Source: an uncultured Bacteroidales bacterium (GTDB lineage Bacteria > Bacteroidota > Bacteroidia > Bacteroidales > FEN-979). Taken from it: a stretch of 64,000 nucleotides of DNA. Positions 33,408-41,595 of this stretch are shown one piece after another. The number at the start of each line of letters is the position of its first letter. The stretch's first letter is position 1. The notes beneath the pieces are model-generated. The model searched no databases and was not told where the DNA came from. It saw only the letters and a program-made list of their open reading frames with translations. A program made the translations under genes and the position numbers. The DNA is taken from contig CAJBYO010000005.1 in assembly GCA_903959905.1 (NCBI GenBank), positions 148,674 to 212,673 of the forward strand. Reading direction: 5' to 3'.

Positions 33408-34357
33408 TCAGTATCGGGCTGCCGGCAGTTAAACCCCAGTTTTTGGCGGATGCGATAAGCAGCGCACTGAACCAGACTTTTACTGACTTTGAACTCATCA
33501 TTGTCAACGACCGGGCGGATGAAACGATCAGGCGGATCGTACAAACGTTTGATGATGTGAGGATAAGGTATTTTGAGGTTGGGCCCATTCTGCCGGTGGT
33601 GGAGAACTGGAACAGGGTGCTTTCTTATGCCATGGGCGACCTGTTTGTCCTGTTTTCAGACGACGACCTGTATCATCCCGAATTTCTTTCTGAAATGAAA
33701 ATGCTGCTCGACAGGTACCCGATGAGTCATATTGCCCATTGCCGGGTGAGAAAAATCAATTCAGAAGGTGAGGTATTGGCGTTTACCAATATGTGCCCCG
33801 AATTTGAATCAGGCCTTGATTTTATCTTTCACCGGATGCTGGGTGACCGCGAGCAATTCGCCCCTGAGTTTGTGGTCCGCACGCAAAAGCTGAAAGATAG
33901 CGGAGGGTTTACCGACCTTCCGCTTGCATGGGGATCAGATGACCTGACCTGGTTTAAACTTGCCGTTGATGGTGGGATCGCGTACAGTTCCAGTGCTTTT
34001 TTTGACTGGAGGCAGTCCCGGTTTCAAATTTCCCAGGGAGGCGATGCCGGTGAACGTTTGAATGCGGTTGATGAATATTCCGTAAAACTAAGAGGTTTTA
34101 CTGATACATTGGTTGCTTCAACGAATGACGAATCTGAAACACTTACCCGTATCAGGTTGTTATTCAGCAGTTATATGAACCGGCAGAAGGAGCACCTTGT
34201 GGCTGTGAATGCAAGAAACACAACTTTAGCCGGTCAACTGTCATTCTTTTTTCGGCACAGAAAAAAGCACCGGCTTAAAGTGCGCTGGCTCCTTTATTCA
34301 TGCTATTCAAAATATTTTTTGTTTTTTTGGGGTGTTTGTTTTCTTTCATCCTTATAA
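33404..34357 (+). CDS. Glycosyltransferase family 2
   Basis: ISIGLPAVKPQFLADAISSALNQTFTDFELIIVNDRADET and LFSDDDL (DxD). ATGA start/stop overlap with the upstream gene. Confidence 0.7.
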   Translation: MISIGLPAVKPQFLADAISSALNQTFTDFELIIVNDRADETIRRIVQTFDDVRIRYFEVGPILPVVENWNRVLSYAMGDLFVLFSDDDLYHPEFLSEMKMLLDRYPMSHIAHCRVRKINSEGEVLAFTNMCPEFESGLDFIFHRMLGDREQFAPEFVVRTQKLKDSGGFTDLPLAWGSDDLTWFKLAVDGGIAYSSSAFFDWRQSRFQISQGGDAGERLNAVDEYSVKLRGFTDTLVASTNDESETLTRIRLLFSSYMNRQKEHLVAVNARNTTLAGQLSFFFRHRKKHRLKVRWLLYSCYSKYFLFFWGVCFLSSL

Positions 34358-34382
34358 TATTCCAACAGACACCTTCATCATA

Positions 34383-35159
34383 ATGAACCAAAACCAACCG
34401 AAAATCACCATCATCACAGTTGTTCGCAATGCGGCTGATGAATTGAGGAAAACGATCATCAGCATCATTGACCAGGACTATCCAAACCTGGAATTTATAC
34501 TGGTTGACGGAGGTTCAACAGACGGGACCCTAGAGGTGATTAAAGCGTATGCGGCACGGATCACATGGTGGATCAGCGAACCGGACCACGGCATCTACGA
34601 TGCCATGAACAAAGGACTGGCAAAAGCCACCGGCGACTGGGTCAATTTCATGAATGCAGGCGACATGTTTGTTGAAAATGATGTAGTTTCCAGGGTTATG
34701 GCGAGCGACCTGGATGGATTCGGCGTGGTTTATGGCGACAGCATTGCCGCCTACCCGAGGGCCAATGTCTTTAAAAAAGCCGGGCCCCCTGAGGAGATGG
34801 TTCATGGAATGGTTTTTTGCCACCAGGCTGCCTTTATCAGAAGGGAGTTGATTGGCGACGATGGGTTTGACCTTTCATACCCCATTGGCGCGGATTTCAA
34901 AATATTTTTCGGGTTGTTTTCAGCCGGATGCCGTTTTAAACACCTTTCCTTTCCGATCGCCATATTTGACACTACCGGAACTTCAAACCTTAAAATGGTA
35001 CAATCGGCCATGGAGCATTTTGCTGTTGTACGACTGTACAGGAAGCTGAGTTTTGCCGAAAGCCTTCATCATTACAGGTTTATCTGCTGGGTGAGCATGG
35101 TTTCGGCGGGATACAGGGTGTTGCCGGATGGGGTGGTGAGATGGATCAGGGGCAGGTGA
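34383..35159 (+). CDS. Glycosyltransferase family 2
   Basis: KITIITVVRNAADELRKTIISIIDQDYPNLEFILVDGGSTDGT and NAGDMF. The ORF track opens at 34332, but the ATG at 34383 (MNQNQPK..) clears the upstream gene. Confidence 0.75.
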   Translation: MNQNQPKITIITVVRNAADELRKTIISIIDQDYPNLEFILVDGGSTDGTLEVIKAYAARITWWISEPDHGIYDAMNKGLAKATGDWVNFMNAGDMFVENDVVSRVMASDLDGFGVVYGDSIAAYPRANVFKKAGPPEEMVHGMVFCHQAAFIRRELIGDDGFDLSYPIGADFKIFFGLFSAGCRFKHLSFPIAIFDTTGTSNLKMVQSAMEHFAVVRLYRKLSFAESLHHYRFICWVSMVSAGYRVLPDGVVRWIRGR

Positions 35160-35234
35160 GGTTAAAAATGTTTAGTGAACAATGAAAACTGAAAAGCGAA
35201 CAATTCAAGAAAACCCAAGACACACCAACCAAAA

Positions 35235-36467
35235 ATGAAAATTTTACTGATCAATACATATGATCAACGGGGTGGTGCTGCGAGGGCCACATGGCGGCTT
35301 TTTGAAGGGCTGAAAACCACCGGCAACGAAGTGTATCTGCTTGTCCAGGAAAGGCAGTCGAAGGATCCGATGGTGTTATTGGCCCCGGGGGTGCTGAACC
35401 CTTTCAGACCCTACATTGATTTTGCACTTCCTTTGCTGCAAACCCGCAGGCGTATTATCTTTTCCACCTCCATGATCCCCGATAACATTATCAGCGAGAT
35501 TGACCGCATCAACCCTGATGTGGTTCACCTGAATTGGATTGCCGGCGGATTTATCAAAATTGAGTCGCTTGCCAGGATCGGCAGGCCTGTTATATGGACC
35601 CTCCATGATATGTGGGGATTCACCGGCGGATGCCATTACACAGAGAATTGTACACGGTATATGCAGGAATGCGGTAAATGCCCGGTACTCCATTCGTCGG
35701 GGGAAAATGACCTGAGCCGACGGGTATTCCAAAGGAAATCAAAGGCCTATGCACAGATAGCGAATCTGACTGTCACCACCCCAAGCGAGTGGCTTGCGCA
35801 ACAGGTAAGAGAAAGTCCGTTGCTCGGCAACCGGAACGTTGTGGTTGTTCCCAACGGTCTTGACACTGAAAAGTTTACATCATCAGGGAAGGAGGAAGCC
35901 AGGAGAAGGCTGAATCTTGATAAAGCTAAAAAGATTATCCTGTTCGGAGCGATCCGGGCCACCGAAACACCATTGAAAGGGTTCGCCTTGCTGGTTCAGG
36001 CACTTAAATTGCTGAATCGGGAGGATTACCAGCTGGTTGTTTTTGGTTCATCCTCGGCAAAAAATACAGATGTTTCAGGTTTGGACATCAGGTTCACCGG
36101 GCATGTTGCCAGTCATGAAACACTTATTGACCTTTACTCGGCAGCAGATGTGGTGGCAGTTCCTTCCATGCAGGAGGTGTTCGGGCAGTCCGCCTCAGAA
36201 GCCATGGCCTGCAGCACCCCGGTGGTTGCCTTTGACTGCACCGGATTGCGCGATATTGTAGTTCACCTTGAAACCGGCTACCTGGCAGAGCCCTTCCGCC
36301 CTGAAGACCTGGCAGCCGGCATTGAATGGGTGCTTGCTGATGAGCCCCGACGTGTTTCATTGGGATTAAATGCCAGGAAGCGTGTGCTTGAAAAGTTTGA
36401 TTACAAAGTAGTTGCAGAAAAAATGACAAGGATATACCGGGAGGCCATGAATGGAACGAACCTGTAA
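35235..36467 (+). CDS. Glycosyltransferase family 4 (GT-B, group 1)
   Basis: MKILLINTYDQRGGAARA.. N domain. The C domain has AADVVAVPSMQEVFGQSASEAMACSTPVVAFDCTGLRDIV (E-x7-E region). Confidence 0.8.
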   Translation: MKILLINTYDQRGGAARATWRLFEGLKTTGNEVYLLVQERQSKDPMVLLAPGVLNPFRPYIDFALPLLQTRRRIIFSTSMIPDNIISEIDRINPDVVHLNWIAGGFIKIESLARIGRPVIWTLHDMWGFTGGCHYTENCTRYMQECGKCPVLHSSGENDLSRRVFQRKSKAYAQIANLTVTTPSEWLAQQVRESPLLGNRNVVVVPNGLDTEKFTSSGKEEARRRLNLDKAKKIILFGAIRATETPLKGFALLVQALKLLNREDYQLVVFGSSSAKNTDVSGLDIRFTGHVASHETLIDLYSAADVVAVPSMQEVFGQSASEAMACSTPVVAFDCTGLRDIVVHLETGYLAEPFRPEDLAAGIEWVLADEPRRVSLGLNARKRVLEKFDYKVVAEKMTRIYREAMNGTNL

Positions 36468-37251
36468 ATTTTCAATTGTCACCCCCTCTTATAACCAGGC
36501 TGGGTTTATTGAACGCACCATCCACAGTGTGGCGGATCAACAGGTTGATTTTTCCGTCGAGCATATTGTGGTTGACGGCGCCTCTACGGACGGCACACTC
36601 GATATTCTTAAACAGCATTCCGGCCGCATCCATCTTATTTCGGAACCGGATAACGGGATGCAGGATGCACTGAACAAAGGATTTTCAAAGGCTGCAGGTG
36701 AACTTGTCGGATGGCTGAACTCTGATGACATTTACCTTCCAGGGACTTTGCAGCGGGTTGCAACCTATTTTGACAGTCACCCTGATTGCCTTTGGCTTTA
36801 CGGAAATTGCCGCATGATCGATGAGCAGGACAGGGAGGTAAGGAAATGGATAACGGCTTACAAGAACCGGTCGGCAAGGAAATACAGGTATGAAAAGCTT
36901 TTGGTTGAGAACTTCATCTCACAGCCTGCGGTGTTTATGCGAAGGGAAGCCCTCGTAAAAGCCGGCCCCATTGATACGGGGCTCCCCACCGCCATGGATT
37001 ATGATTTATGGATCAGGCTGGCAAAACTGGGCAGGCCGGGATATATTGATGATGATCTGGCGTGTTTCAGGGTGCATGGGGAGTCAATCAGTTCAAGGAG
37101 TTATCGGGAGCAATTTGACGAGCAATACCGCATCCATCAGAAGTATGACCATAACCGGAGGAGGCTGTTAATGCACCGGGTCAACAATTTTATCATTGTA
37201 CTTACCTATTCAGTCATAAAAAAAATACAGGCTGTTTTCGGAAAAGATTGA
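36451..37251 (+). CDS. Glycosyltransferase family 2
   Basis: KFSIVTPSYNQAGFIERTIHSVADQ..EHIVVDGASTDGT and NSDDIY. Confidence 0.8.
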   Translation: MERTCKFSIVTPSYNQAGFIERTIHSVADQQVDFSVEHIVVDGASTDGTLDILKQHSGRIHLISEPDNGMQDALNKGFSKAAGELVGWLNSDDIYLPGTLQRVATYFDSHPDCLWLYGNCRMIDEQDREVRKWITAYKNRSARKYRYEKLLVENFISQPAVFMRREALVKAGPIDTGLPTAMDYDLWIRLAKLGRPGYIDDDLACFRVHGESISSRSYREQFDEQYRIHQKYDHNRRRLLMHRVNNFIIVLTYSVIKKIQAVFGKD

Positions 37252-37260
37252 CTCAAATAT

Positions 37261-37350
37261 CCTCTGTGGCCCTCTGTGACTCCTCTGTGAACCTCTGTGT
37301 AACAATTTATGACACAGAGGTTCACAGAGAAGACACAGAGAAACACGGAG
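37261..37350. repeat. Word-array hairpin: 4 direct CCTCTGTG words (10-11 nt spacing), then 4 inverted CACAGAG(G) words
   Basis: ctctgtg starts at 37262, 37272, 37283 and 37293. There is a perfect 13-bp inner stem, tgaacctctgtgt (37288-37300) / acacagaggttca (37312-37324), with an 11-nt loop. Pairing extends outward with mismatches to ~40 bp. Confidence 0.85.
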
Positions 37351-37363
37351 TAAAAAATAAATT

Positions 37364-37371
37364 TAAATTTG
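37364..37371 (+). promoter_or_regulatory. Putative -7 promoter box (TAnnTTTG)
   Basis: TAAATTTG at 37364-37371, 22 nt upstream of the ATG at 37393. Confidence 0.4.
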
Positions 37372-37392
37372 TGGCGAAATAATTAACTGACC

Positions 37393-39270
37393 ATGCATAA
37401 AAATCAAAAGAAGAAGGCCCCTGTGGTTCAGCATCCCAAAGGGGTACAGAAGAAATCTCCTGCAAAAAATGAATCTCTTCTGAAAATTCTGCAACCGTTA
37501 CTGGTTATCCTCCCCATCGTATTTATCGCATTTTTCCCGATTTTAAACAATGACCTCACCAACTGGGATGATCCCGACCTGATCATTGACAACCCGCTGA
37601 TCAGGGATTTCAGCTGGCACGGCGTCAAGGTCCTTTTCTCTTCGTTCTATTTCGGCAACTATCAGCCATTGCATTTGCTAGCATATATGTTGCAATTTCA
37701 AATGTGGGGGCTTAATCCCGCAGGATACCATGCTGTGAGCCTGGTACTTTTCCTGATTACCACATGCCTTGTGTATTACTTCATTTTTCAGATCAGTTCG
37801 AAAAACAAGACCATTGCAATCATTGCCACCCTGCTTTTTGCCATTAATGCCATGCGTGTTGAATCTGTAGCCTGGGCGGCAGAGCACAAAGACATGCTCT
37901 ACGCTGTATTTTATATGGCATCCCTTATTGCCTATGTGAAATACGTTATCGCGTTGAAGGAGCATGGTAAAGGTTTTATCCTGAAATATTTCATCTACGC
38001 ATTTCTCTTTTTCATTCTTTCCGTGTTTTCAAAAGTCATGGCAGTTTCCATCGTGGGGCCCATGATCATGTTAGACTATTTTTATAAAAGGAAACTCAGC
38101 ATCCGGCTGATCCTTGAAAAAATTCCGTTTGTGGTGTTAAGTGTCACCATCGGGTTGATCCAGGTTGATGCAACCGCCTCTGCAGGCACTATTGATAAAA
38201 GCAACCTCTTTACCTTGTTTGACCGCGTATTGATCGTTTGCAGGAACCTGATGTTTTTCGTGTATAAAAGTCTTGTTCCCGTTAACTTGTCAGCCTTTTA
38301 TCCCTATCCGAAAACAACCCCGGCAGAGTCGTGGCCTATTGAATTTTATATTGCGCCCGTCTTTGGGCTTGTCCTGCTGGTTCTTTTTATCTGGTCGGTC
38401 AGGAAATCTCCCGTAATAGCCTTCAGCATCGGATTCTTCTTTGCCGCCCTGGCCCTTGTCCTGCAGTTCGTTGCCATCGGACCTGCCATGTTCAATGAAC
38501 GGTATTCACTGATCCCTTCTGTGGCTCTTTCTTTTGCACTGGCCACAGGGATATGGTACCTGGTGAGCAAATATCCCGGGCAGAAATATATCATTTTCGG
38601 GGGTACCGGATTTTATCTTTTAGTCATGTTTTATCTCACCTTTACCCGGTGTGATGTATGGCAAACCAGCATCACACTGTGGGACGACGCCCTGGAGCAG
38701 TTCCCGCATGCATCCATGCCGCTGAACAACAGGGGAAAATTTTACGGAAAAGATCTGGGTAACACCACGAAGGCGATCGTTGACCTCAACAATGCCATCA
38801 GGTATAACAAGGGATTTGAACAGCCATACAGTAACCGTGGAATTATTTTCTGCATGAACGGGAAATTTGATTCAGCCATTTCCGATTTCAACAATGCCAT
38901 CCGGATCAAAAGCGATTATTACGAAGCAATTTCAAACCGTGCCATTGCCTATTCCCAAACGAACCGGCCGGCCCTGGCCCTTGAAGACTTCACGAGGTGT
39001 CTTACCCTCCAGCCCAACAAACCCGACATGTATCTTAACCGCGGATATTGCTATCTTCAGCTTAATCAGCCGGATAAAGCGCTGGATGATTTTAATGCAG
39101 GGTTGAAACTGAGCCCGGGAAACCCCGATTTTTACCTTCGGAGATCACAGGCTTATTTTACGCTGAAGAAATATGGTGAGGCATACTCGGATGTTGAAGC
39201 GGCAAGGAAGGCAGGCATTAAAGTCAATGATGCATATTTCAACCAGTTGAAACAAGCAGCAGGCCAGTAG
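37393..39270 (+). CDS. TMTC-like GT-C membrane glycosyltransferase with C-terminal TPR repeats
   Basis: N-terminal ~430 aa is polytopic, with the first-loop acidic motif LTNWDDPDLIIDNPLIRD. The C-terminal ~190 aa holds 5-6 TPR units (..AISDFNNAIRIKSDYYEAISNRA.., ..ALDDFNAGLKLSPGNPDFYLRRS..). This is the same architecture as eukaryotic TMTC O-mannosyltransferases and bacterial DUF1736 proteins. Confidence 0.65.
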   Translation: MHKNQKKKAPVVQHPKGVQKKSPAKNESLLKILQPLLVILPIVFIAFFPILNNDLTNWDDPDLIIDNPLIRDFSWHGVKVLFSSFYFGNYQPLHLLAYMLQFQMWGLNPAGYHAVSLVLFLITTCLVYYFIFQISSKNKTIAIIATLLFAINAMRVESVAWAAEHKDMLYAVFYMASLIAYVKYVIALKEHGKGFILKYFIYAFLFFILSVFSKVMAVSIVGPMIMLDYFYKRKLSIRLILEKIPFVVLSVTIGLIQVDATASAGTIDKSNLFTLFDRVLIVCRNLMFFVYKSLVPVNLSAFYPYPKTTPAESWPIEFYIAPVFGLVLLVLFIWSVRKSPVIAFSIGFFFAALALVLQFVAIGPAMFNERYSLIPSVALSFALATGIWYLVSKYPGQKYIIFGGTGFYLLVMFYLTFTRCDVWQTSITLWDDALEQFPHASMPLNNRGKFYGKDLGNTTKAIVDLNNAIRYNKGFEQPYSNRGIIFCMNGKFDSAISDFNNAIRIKSDYYEAISNRAIAYSQTNRPALALEDFTRCLTLQPNKPDMYLNRGYCYLQLNQPDKALDDFNAGLKLSPGNPDFYLRRSQAYFTLKKYGEAYSDVEAARKAGIKVNDAYFNQLKQAAGQ

Positions 39271-39288
39271 GATTAAAAAATGCCGGGA

Positions 39289-40692
39289 TCAGATAAACTT
39301 TATTTTCCGGGCAGCAAACATGCTCATTTTAACCAGCAGCCACCCATGTTTAAACCGGCTGATCTGGGTTGAACCGTATTCCCGGTCGCGGTACCGGATG
39401 ATGATCTCTGTCATCTTCAGGTTTAATTTGGCAGCACCGAACAGCAGGTCAAAATCACCAAACGGGTCAAAATCACCAAAGTAATGGCGGTTGTTCTGAA
39501 TGGCGGTGTAATCTTTTTTAAACAGGACCTTGGTGCCGCACAGTGTATCTTTTAACCGTTGCCCGAGAAGGTAGGTAAAGAACATTCCGAAAAACTTGTT
39601 GGCCAGAAAGTTAAGAAATCGCATGGCATCTTTATCCATCGGATACACCAGCCTGCACCCGTTGATGAATTCACCCTTGTTCTGCGACAGGGCACGGTAG
39701 AATTTTTCCAGTTCCTCAGGCGGCATGGTGAGGTCGGCATCCAGGATCATGAGGATGTCGCCGGTGGCTGCGTCAAACCCGGCCCTTACCGCATCACCCT
39801 TCCCTTTGCCGGTTTGTACCATCACCCTGATATTCTTTTCCGGGTAGGCTGCCTGTACCCTGAGCATCTCTTCATGGGTGTTGTCTGCAGAATGGCCCTC
39901 AACAAAAATAAACTCCTGCGACAGTCCGAATGCGGGAGTCCTAAGGATGGCGTTTTCAATGTTGCCCCGTTCATTCCTGGCTGGAACGACGATACTGACG
40001 GAATGTTCTACCTCCTGCGTGTAGGCAGGCCGTGCTACCAGGATGTTTACCAGGTCAAGTTTATTCAGCAGGGGTAAATTGGCAAGAAACCGGTTGAAAA
40101 TAAAATTTAAACCCGGGATATACTTAGGAAGGAGCAATTTATGCTGGACGGTAATGACCTGGAATCCTTCTAGTTCAAGCAACGTGTCAATATCTGCTGT
40201 TGACAGCCAGTTTTGTTTGGGCTGGGGCAGCTTAAGATGAAGGGTTTCTCCAAGGTTCATGATCCCTTCCCAGAGGTAGTTGTAATTGGAGATGACCACC
40301 CTTGTCTGGGGATGGCAGAGCTGACGGATATTGTTCAGTACTTTCTGAACATCCCACAGGCAACCGGCGAGATCGGATAAGATGATGTAATCAAATGTTT
40401 CATCCAGTTTTAACGCTTCCGCATCCTGAACATGAAAGTGCAGACCGGGATATTTCACCCTGGCCTGATCAATGATGGCGGGAGCAAAATCAACCCCTAC
40501 CCCATATGCGGGTTTTACCGATGCCAGAAGGTCGCCAAGGCCGCATCCCACCTCCAGCACCCTGCTGTTTTCAGCAACGATAAATGAAAAGTACTTTTGC
40601 AGGGAATTATGGTAGAACCAGTTTCTTCTTTTCCATTTTGCCCGCGAACCGGATGTATTGTTGTAAAAATCCCTGATCTCTTCTTTTTTCAT
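39289..40692 (-). CDS. Bifunctional SAM-methyltransferase / GT2 (DPM1-like) fusion protein
   Basis: Likely start MKKEEIRDF at 40692, 11 nt after the upstream stop. MT motif I VLEVGCGLGDLL. GT2 half has VSIVVPARNERGNIENAI..FVEGHSADNT and ILDADLT. Confidence 0.75.
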   Translation of the reverse strand: MKKEEIRDFYNNTSGSRAKWKRRNWFYHNSLQKYFSFIVAENSRVLEVGCGLGDLLASVKPAYGVGVDFAPAIIDQARVKYPGLHFHVQDAEALKLDETFDYIILSDLAGCLWDVQKVLNNIRQLCHPQTRVVISNYNYLWEGIMNLGETLHLKLPQPKQNWLSTADIDTLLELEGFQVITVQHKLLLPKYIPGLNFIFNRFLANLPLLNKLDLVNILVARPAYTQEVEHSVSIVVPARNERGNIENAILRTPAFGLSQEFIFVEGHSADNTHEEMLRVQAAYPEKNIRVMVQTGKGKGDAVRAGFDAATGDILMILDADLTMPPEELEKFYRALSQNKGEFINGCRLVYPMDKDAMRFLNFLANKFFGMFFTYLLGQRLKDTLCGTKVLFKKDYTAIQNNRHYFGDFDPFGDFDLLFGAAKLNLKMTEIIIRYRDREYGSTQISRFKHGWLLVKMSMFAARKIKFI

Positions 40693-40703
40693 GGAGGAAG
40701 ACG

Positions 40704-41585
40704 TTACTTTTGGTTCCTCCGGATCAGGGAGAGTTGTTCCGTGATAAGTCCCAAAAGGAAAAAAAGGAGGGTGGATACGATCCCCAGCAGTGTTCCGGAA
40801 CTTACACCCCGTCCTTCCAGGGCCAGCGGTATCCCCCAGGTCATGGTAACGATAAAACACACTGTTGCCAGGGGCAGGAAAATTTTCATGGGGTTGAAGA
40901 GAATCACGATATGGATGATCTCCATAACGGTTTGAAAGGCAGTTTGAAGGCCGATGGTACTTTTGCCGGTTTTGCGTTCCTTGATGCTGATCGGTTCCTC
41001 AAGCACGAGATGACGGTTGTTGATGAAAACAAGGGTAATCACATCGCTGAACGACATCGTGTCGGTTGTTAAATAGAGGTATCTTTTTGCGAGGTCGGTT
41101 CTGTAAATCTTCATTCCTGAGTTAATATCATGAACCGGAACCGTCATCATGATTTTTGCAATCAGCCGTATCATCCATTTTCCGATGTTCCTGTAATGGG
41201 AACTTGCCTTCAGTCCTTTGCGTGAACCAACAACCATATCCGCATCATGTGCAATAAGGCAGGCACTCAGTTTTTCAATATCTTCGATGTAATGCTGGCC
41301 ATCCGCATCGAATGTGATCAGGTATTCCGTTTCACAGGCGCGGATGCCCGACTTAATGGCTGCACCGTAGCCACTGTTCAGTTTATGGTGTATAACTGTT
41401 AAAAGAGGCTCTTCCTTGTAGGTTTTCAGGTACTCCTTCGTCCCGTCGAGGGACCCGTCGTTGACCAGGATGATCTTCCAATTGTTTTCCCGGCAGTAGG
41501 CGATCAGCGGCGGCAGAAATACCTCCAGGTTCTCAGCCTCGTTGAATGCAGGAATAATAACTGTTAACTGGATTTCGGAGTTCAT
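40704..41585 (-). CDS. GtrB/DPM1-like GT2 with two C-terminal TM helices (polyprenyl-phosphate sugar synthase-like)
   Basis: LTVIIPAFNEAENLEVFLPPL..ILVNDGSLDGT, TFDADGQH, NSGMKIY; C-terminal hydrophobic pair. Confidence 0.75.
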   Translation of the reverse strand: MNSEIQLTVIIPAFNEAENLEVFLPPLIAYCRENNWKIILVNDGSLDGTKEYLKTYKEEPLLTVIHHKLNSGYGAAIKSGIRACETEYLITFDADGQHYIEDIEKLSACLIAHDADMVVGSRKGLKASSHYRNIGKWMIRLIAKIMMTVPVHDINSGMKIYRTDLAKRYLYLTTDTMSFSDVITLVFINNRHLVLEEPISIKERKTGKSTIGLQTAFQTVMEIIHIVILFNPMKIFLPLATVCFIVTMTWGIPLALEGRGVSSGTLLGIVSTLLFFLLGLITEQLSLIRRNQK

Positions 41586-41595
41586 TTGACCGGGA

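Noticed and set aside
37261-37350. Annotating the CCTCTGTG hairpin as a canonical rho-independent terminator
   Set aside because: The stem is followed by an A-rich tract on the plus strand and by no U-tract in either orientation. I kept it as a repeat or structured element only.
39559-40077. Long antisense ORFs inside well-supported genes (39559-40077, 49036-49551, 50972-51553, 54172-54690, 60623-61105, 63365-63844 and similar)
   Set aside because: Each lies opposite a gene with clear family signatures (MT-GT2, DAHPS, AsnS, PfkA, M13, M16). In this GC-richer region shadow ORFs are expected, and none has a motif.
40693-40860. N-terminal extensions offered by the ORF track (39289-40860; also 60500-62668 and 7548-10994)
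   Set aside because: The extensions overlap the upstream gene or contain no hydrophobic or domain features. Internal ATGs (40692, 62551, 7689) give proteins that start with sensible N-termini: a methyltransferase N-terminus, a lipoprotein signal peptide, and the first TM helix.
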